A stretch of DNA of 64,000 nt, taken from assembly GCA_037444405.1 (NCBI GenBank), contig JBBIML010000007.1:128001-192000 (forward strand), read 5' to 3'. Both the position numbers and the translations under genes were made by a program. Position 1 is the stretch's first letter. Each line of letters begins with the position of its first letter. The DNA comes from Armatimonadota bacterium. Lineage in GTDB: Bacteria; Armatimonadota; Fimbriimonadia; Fimbriimonadales; GBS-DC. The notes under the pieces were generated by a model. The model had not been told where the DNA came from. It did no database searches and saw only the letters and a list, made by a program, of their open reading frames with translations. This document shows, one piece after another, positions 61,634-64,000 of this stretch.

Positions 61634-63774
61634 TGTTGTGGACCTCCTCTATCGTTGGACTGGGTGGGAACCAGAATGGCTCCTGAAAGGGGGGGCATCT
61701 GCAGGCTCAGTTGCCCCTTCACGGCAGGGATGTTCCCCTGTCCGAAATCGTGGGTGCCCGCCTCGATGCGCCACTGGCTGAACCCATGCGGCGCGGACAG
61801 GCTCACCGTCTGGCTCTGCTCGCTGTTGTTGACGATCACAAGGGCGCACTCGTCAGGCAGTACGCGCGCGAAGGCGTAGAGGTTGCGAGCGTCGTCCATT
61901 AGCAGGGTCTGCCAGTCGCCGCGGCGCAGGGCGGGCGTGCGCCGGCGCACCGCAATCAGAGTTTTCACATAGTTCAGCAGGTCGCGCTCTTCCGCGTTCA
62001 GCTCCCAGCGCATCGGGCGGCGGTTATCGGGCGTGCCGCCGCCATCCATGCCGATTTCGTCGCCGTAATAGATGGCGGGTGCGCCTATCGCTGTCATCTG
62101 GAGCAGGAAGCCCAGCTTCACACGCCGCAGGTCGCCCCCACACTCGCGGCGGAAGCGTGGCGTATCGTGGCTGCTGAGCATGTTATACATCGCAAAAAGG
62201 CTCTGGCGCGGGTAGCGAATCAGCAGATTCTGCATCCGCTGGTCAAACTGCGACGGTTGAATGCGTCGGTGCGCAATCCAGTCCAGCACCGCGCCGCGCC
62301 AGAGGTAGTTCATCACGCTGTCGAACATATCGCCCTGCAGCCAGTGCCCTGCGTCGCCCCAGATTTCGCCGATCATCACCGCCTGCGGATTGATGCGCCG
62401 CACGATGGGGCGGAACTCGCGCCAGAAGAGGTCGGGCACCTCGTTGGGCACATCGAGCCGCCAGCCATCCAGATTGAACTCGCGCGTCCACCGCTCCACC
62501 ACATTTAGCAGATAGCGGCGCACCAGCGGGTTCTCGTGGCGCAGCTTGGGCATATAGGGAATGTTCCACCACGCCCAGTAGGGTGGGTTGCCCTCCACGC
62601 GCACGGGAAACCGCTCCACATAGAACCATTCGCGATAGGGCGACTGCTGCTGGTGCGCCAGCAAATCCTGGAAGGCGAAGAAGTGGATGCCTGCGTGATT
62701 GAAGACGCCATCGGCAATCAGGCGCATGCCGTGCTGGTGTATGGCTCCGGAGAGCTGGCGCAGGTCCGCCTCTGTGCCCAGCTGCGGGTCGACGCGCTCG
62801 TAGTCGTCCACATCGTAGTTGTGGTGGCTCACGGAGGCGAACAGAGGGTTCAGGTAGAGCGCGTCGATGCCCAGCTCGCGCAGATAGTCCAGCTTCGTTA
62901 GAATGCCTTTGAGGTCGCCCCCATAGAAGCGGTCGCCCTCGATGCGTCCTGTGAAATCGATGGGTGTCTCGTTCGGCGGGTCGTTGGACGGGTCAGCGTT
63001 GTAGAATCGGTCGGGCAGAATCTGGTAGAAGACGGCGTCCTGCACCCAGTCGGGCACCTCAAAGCGGTTCTCGCCGAGTTGGTGGCGGAATCGGCATGCA
63101 GGTGGCGGGCTGGCGGCAGGCTGTAAGCCCTTCGGCGTGAGCCACAGGCGCGTGCGTCCATCCTGCAGGCAAAACAGATACTCCAGATTCGCTTCGGGCA
63201 GGATGGCGCGGTAGTAAGTGTAGAGCGCGTCGTGCGCTGCTGGCTCCATGCGCTGGGAGTGTTGTCGCCCGTTGCGCCAGTAAACCAGCAGCACAGACTG
63301 CAGGTCATCCTTGCGGGCGCGCAGACGCAGATAGAGTGCGCCATCGACGGGATTGCGGTCGCGCAGGTCGCCGGGGTTGTGCTGGATCGCGCTGCGGGTG
63401 ATCTGTCCGTCGCCGATATGGGCGGGTCGGTTATAGCCGTCGGGTTCCACCCACACCACCGAGTTCCAGTTGCCGTTGCCGTCGTCGATGGCGGGCGCGT
63501 TTGGGTCGGTACGCCACTCGGTGCCGTTGATTACGAACTTATACTGGTGGGCGCCGGGCGGCAGTGGGAGTGTGAGCGTCCAGGTGAGTCCGCCGTCGGT
63601 GGTCTGCATCGGATGGCGACGGTACTGCCATTCGTTGAAGGTGCCTGCGAGGTACACCTGCTGGGCGGGCTGGGTCAGCACCAGTCGAAAGCGCACAGGG
63701 CGCAACGGTTCGCCTTGCGCCCAGAGCGCCATTAGCAGCCACACCATCAGCCAGCCCATCAGCGGCGTGCGCAT
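61630..63774 (-). CDS. Secreted GH13 alpha-amylase/neopullulanase with N-terminal CBM48-like domain
   Basis: Signal peptide; [10 protein letters not shown]...[44 protein letters not shown]. Confidence 0.93.
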   Translation of the reverse strand: MRTPLMGWLMVWLLMALWAQGEPLRPVRFRLVLTQPAQQVYLAGTFNEWQYRRHPMQTTDGGLTWTLTLPLPPGAHQYKFVINGTEWRTDPNAPAIDDGNGNWNSVVWVEPDGYNRPAHIGDGQITRSAIQHNPGDLRDRNPVDGALYLRLRARKDDLQSVLLVYWRNGRQHSQRMEPAAHDALYTYYRAILPEANLEYLFCLQDGRTRLWLTPKGLQPAASPPPACRFRHQLGENRFEVPDWVQDAVFYQILPDRFYNADPSNDPPNETPIDFTGRIEGDRFYGGDLKGILTKLDYLRELGIDALYLNPLFASVSHHNYDVDDYERVDPQLGTEADLRQLSGAIHQHGMRLIADGVFNHAGIHFFAFQDLLAHQQQSPYREWFYVERFPVRVEGNPPYWAWWNIPYMPKLRHENPLVRRYLLNVVERWTREFNLDGWRLDVPNEVPDLFWREFRPIVRRINPQAVMIGEIWGDAGHWLQGDMFDSVMNYLWRGAVLDWIAHRRIQPSQFDQRMQNLLIRYPRQSLFAMYNMLSSHDTPRFRRECGGDLRRVKLGFLLQMTAIGAPAIYYGDEIGMDGGGTPDNRRPMRWELNAEERDLLNYVKTLIAVRRRTPALRRGDWQTLLMDDARNLYAFARVLPDECALVIVNNSEQSQTVSLSAPHGFSQWRIEAGTHDFGQGNIPAVKGQLSLQMPPLSGAILVPTQSNDRGGPQQ

Positions 63775-63811
63775 CGTCCACCTCGTTGCGGGAGCGTTCG
63801 CGCCCTCGCGC

Positions 63812-63848
63812 TGAGAATTCGTATTCTCACCCTCTATTATAGCACATC
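63812..63848 (-). promoter_or_regulatory. Extended -10 promoter with overlapping palindromic operator (copy 2)
   Basis: Minus strand GATGTGC-TATAAT-AGAGGG followed directly by TGAGAATACGAATTCTCA. Confidence 0.72.
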
Positions 63849-63877
63849 CGCCCCGCTGTAAAGATATTCGCTGGCGA

Positions 63878-63975
63878 TAGGCATCCTGCCCGTGAGGTGT
63901 ATGGGCAAGATGCCCAGACTGCCGTAGCACGGGCATTCTGCCCGTGAAACTGGTGAGCAAGACGCTCTGGCTATG
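63878..63975. repeat. REP-like GTAGCACGGGCAT(C/T)CTGCCCG repeat cluster
   Basis: Several direct and inverted copies; same motif at 31279-31299. Confidence 0.7.
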
Positions 63976-64000
63976 CTGCAATCAGTTATAACCAGCGGAC

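Overview
GC-rich bacterial chromosome segment, mostly housekeeping genes: pfkA, a 5'-truncated uvrA, gyrB, kdsA, aroQ, miaB, thiG/thiE, nadC, aspC-like, argJ, queE, priA, rimO, tatA, rpsO-pnp, glpX, metK and tRNA-Leu(TAA). Secreted proteins with C-terminal 'DDADLL' dockerin-like tags, a PEP-CTERM protein and three prepilin/H-X9-DG proteins suggest Armatimonadota (inference only). No CRISPR array, rRNA, prophage or intact transposase was seen. Best candidates for undescribed biology: (1) 3.9-7.4 kb: sigmaH-like promoters, a conserved hypothetical protein, a 45-aa signal-peptide microprotein, a structured spacer, a membrane HD-GYP and a degenerate HD-GYP, i.e. a possible peptide-signalled cyclic-dinucleotide circuit. 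(2) 20.5-24.8 kb: a similar promoter, a 37-aa sORF coupled to a LuxR-type regulator, then an A/T-rich surface protein, a pilin-like protein and Lnt. (3) A shared palindromic operator and near-identical promoter linking a PEP-CTERM gene to an amylase + pilin-like operon 32 kb away. (4) A reusable dockerin-like C-terminal tag. (5) A tatA-hypothetical-PqqD-FtsX operon. (6) A switch-like rpsO leader hairpin. Several deletion scars are also present. All family calls come from motif recognition by eye; no searches were run.
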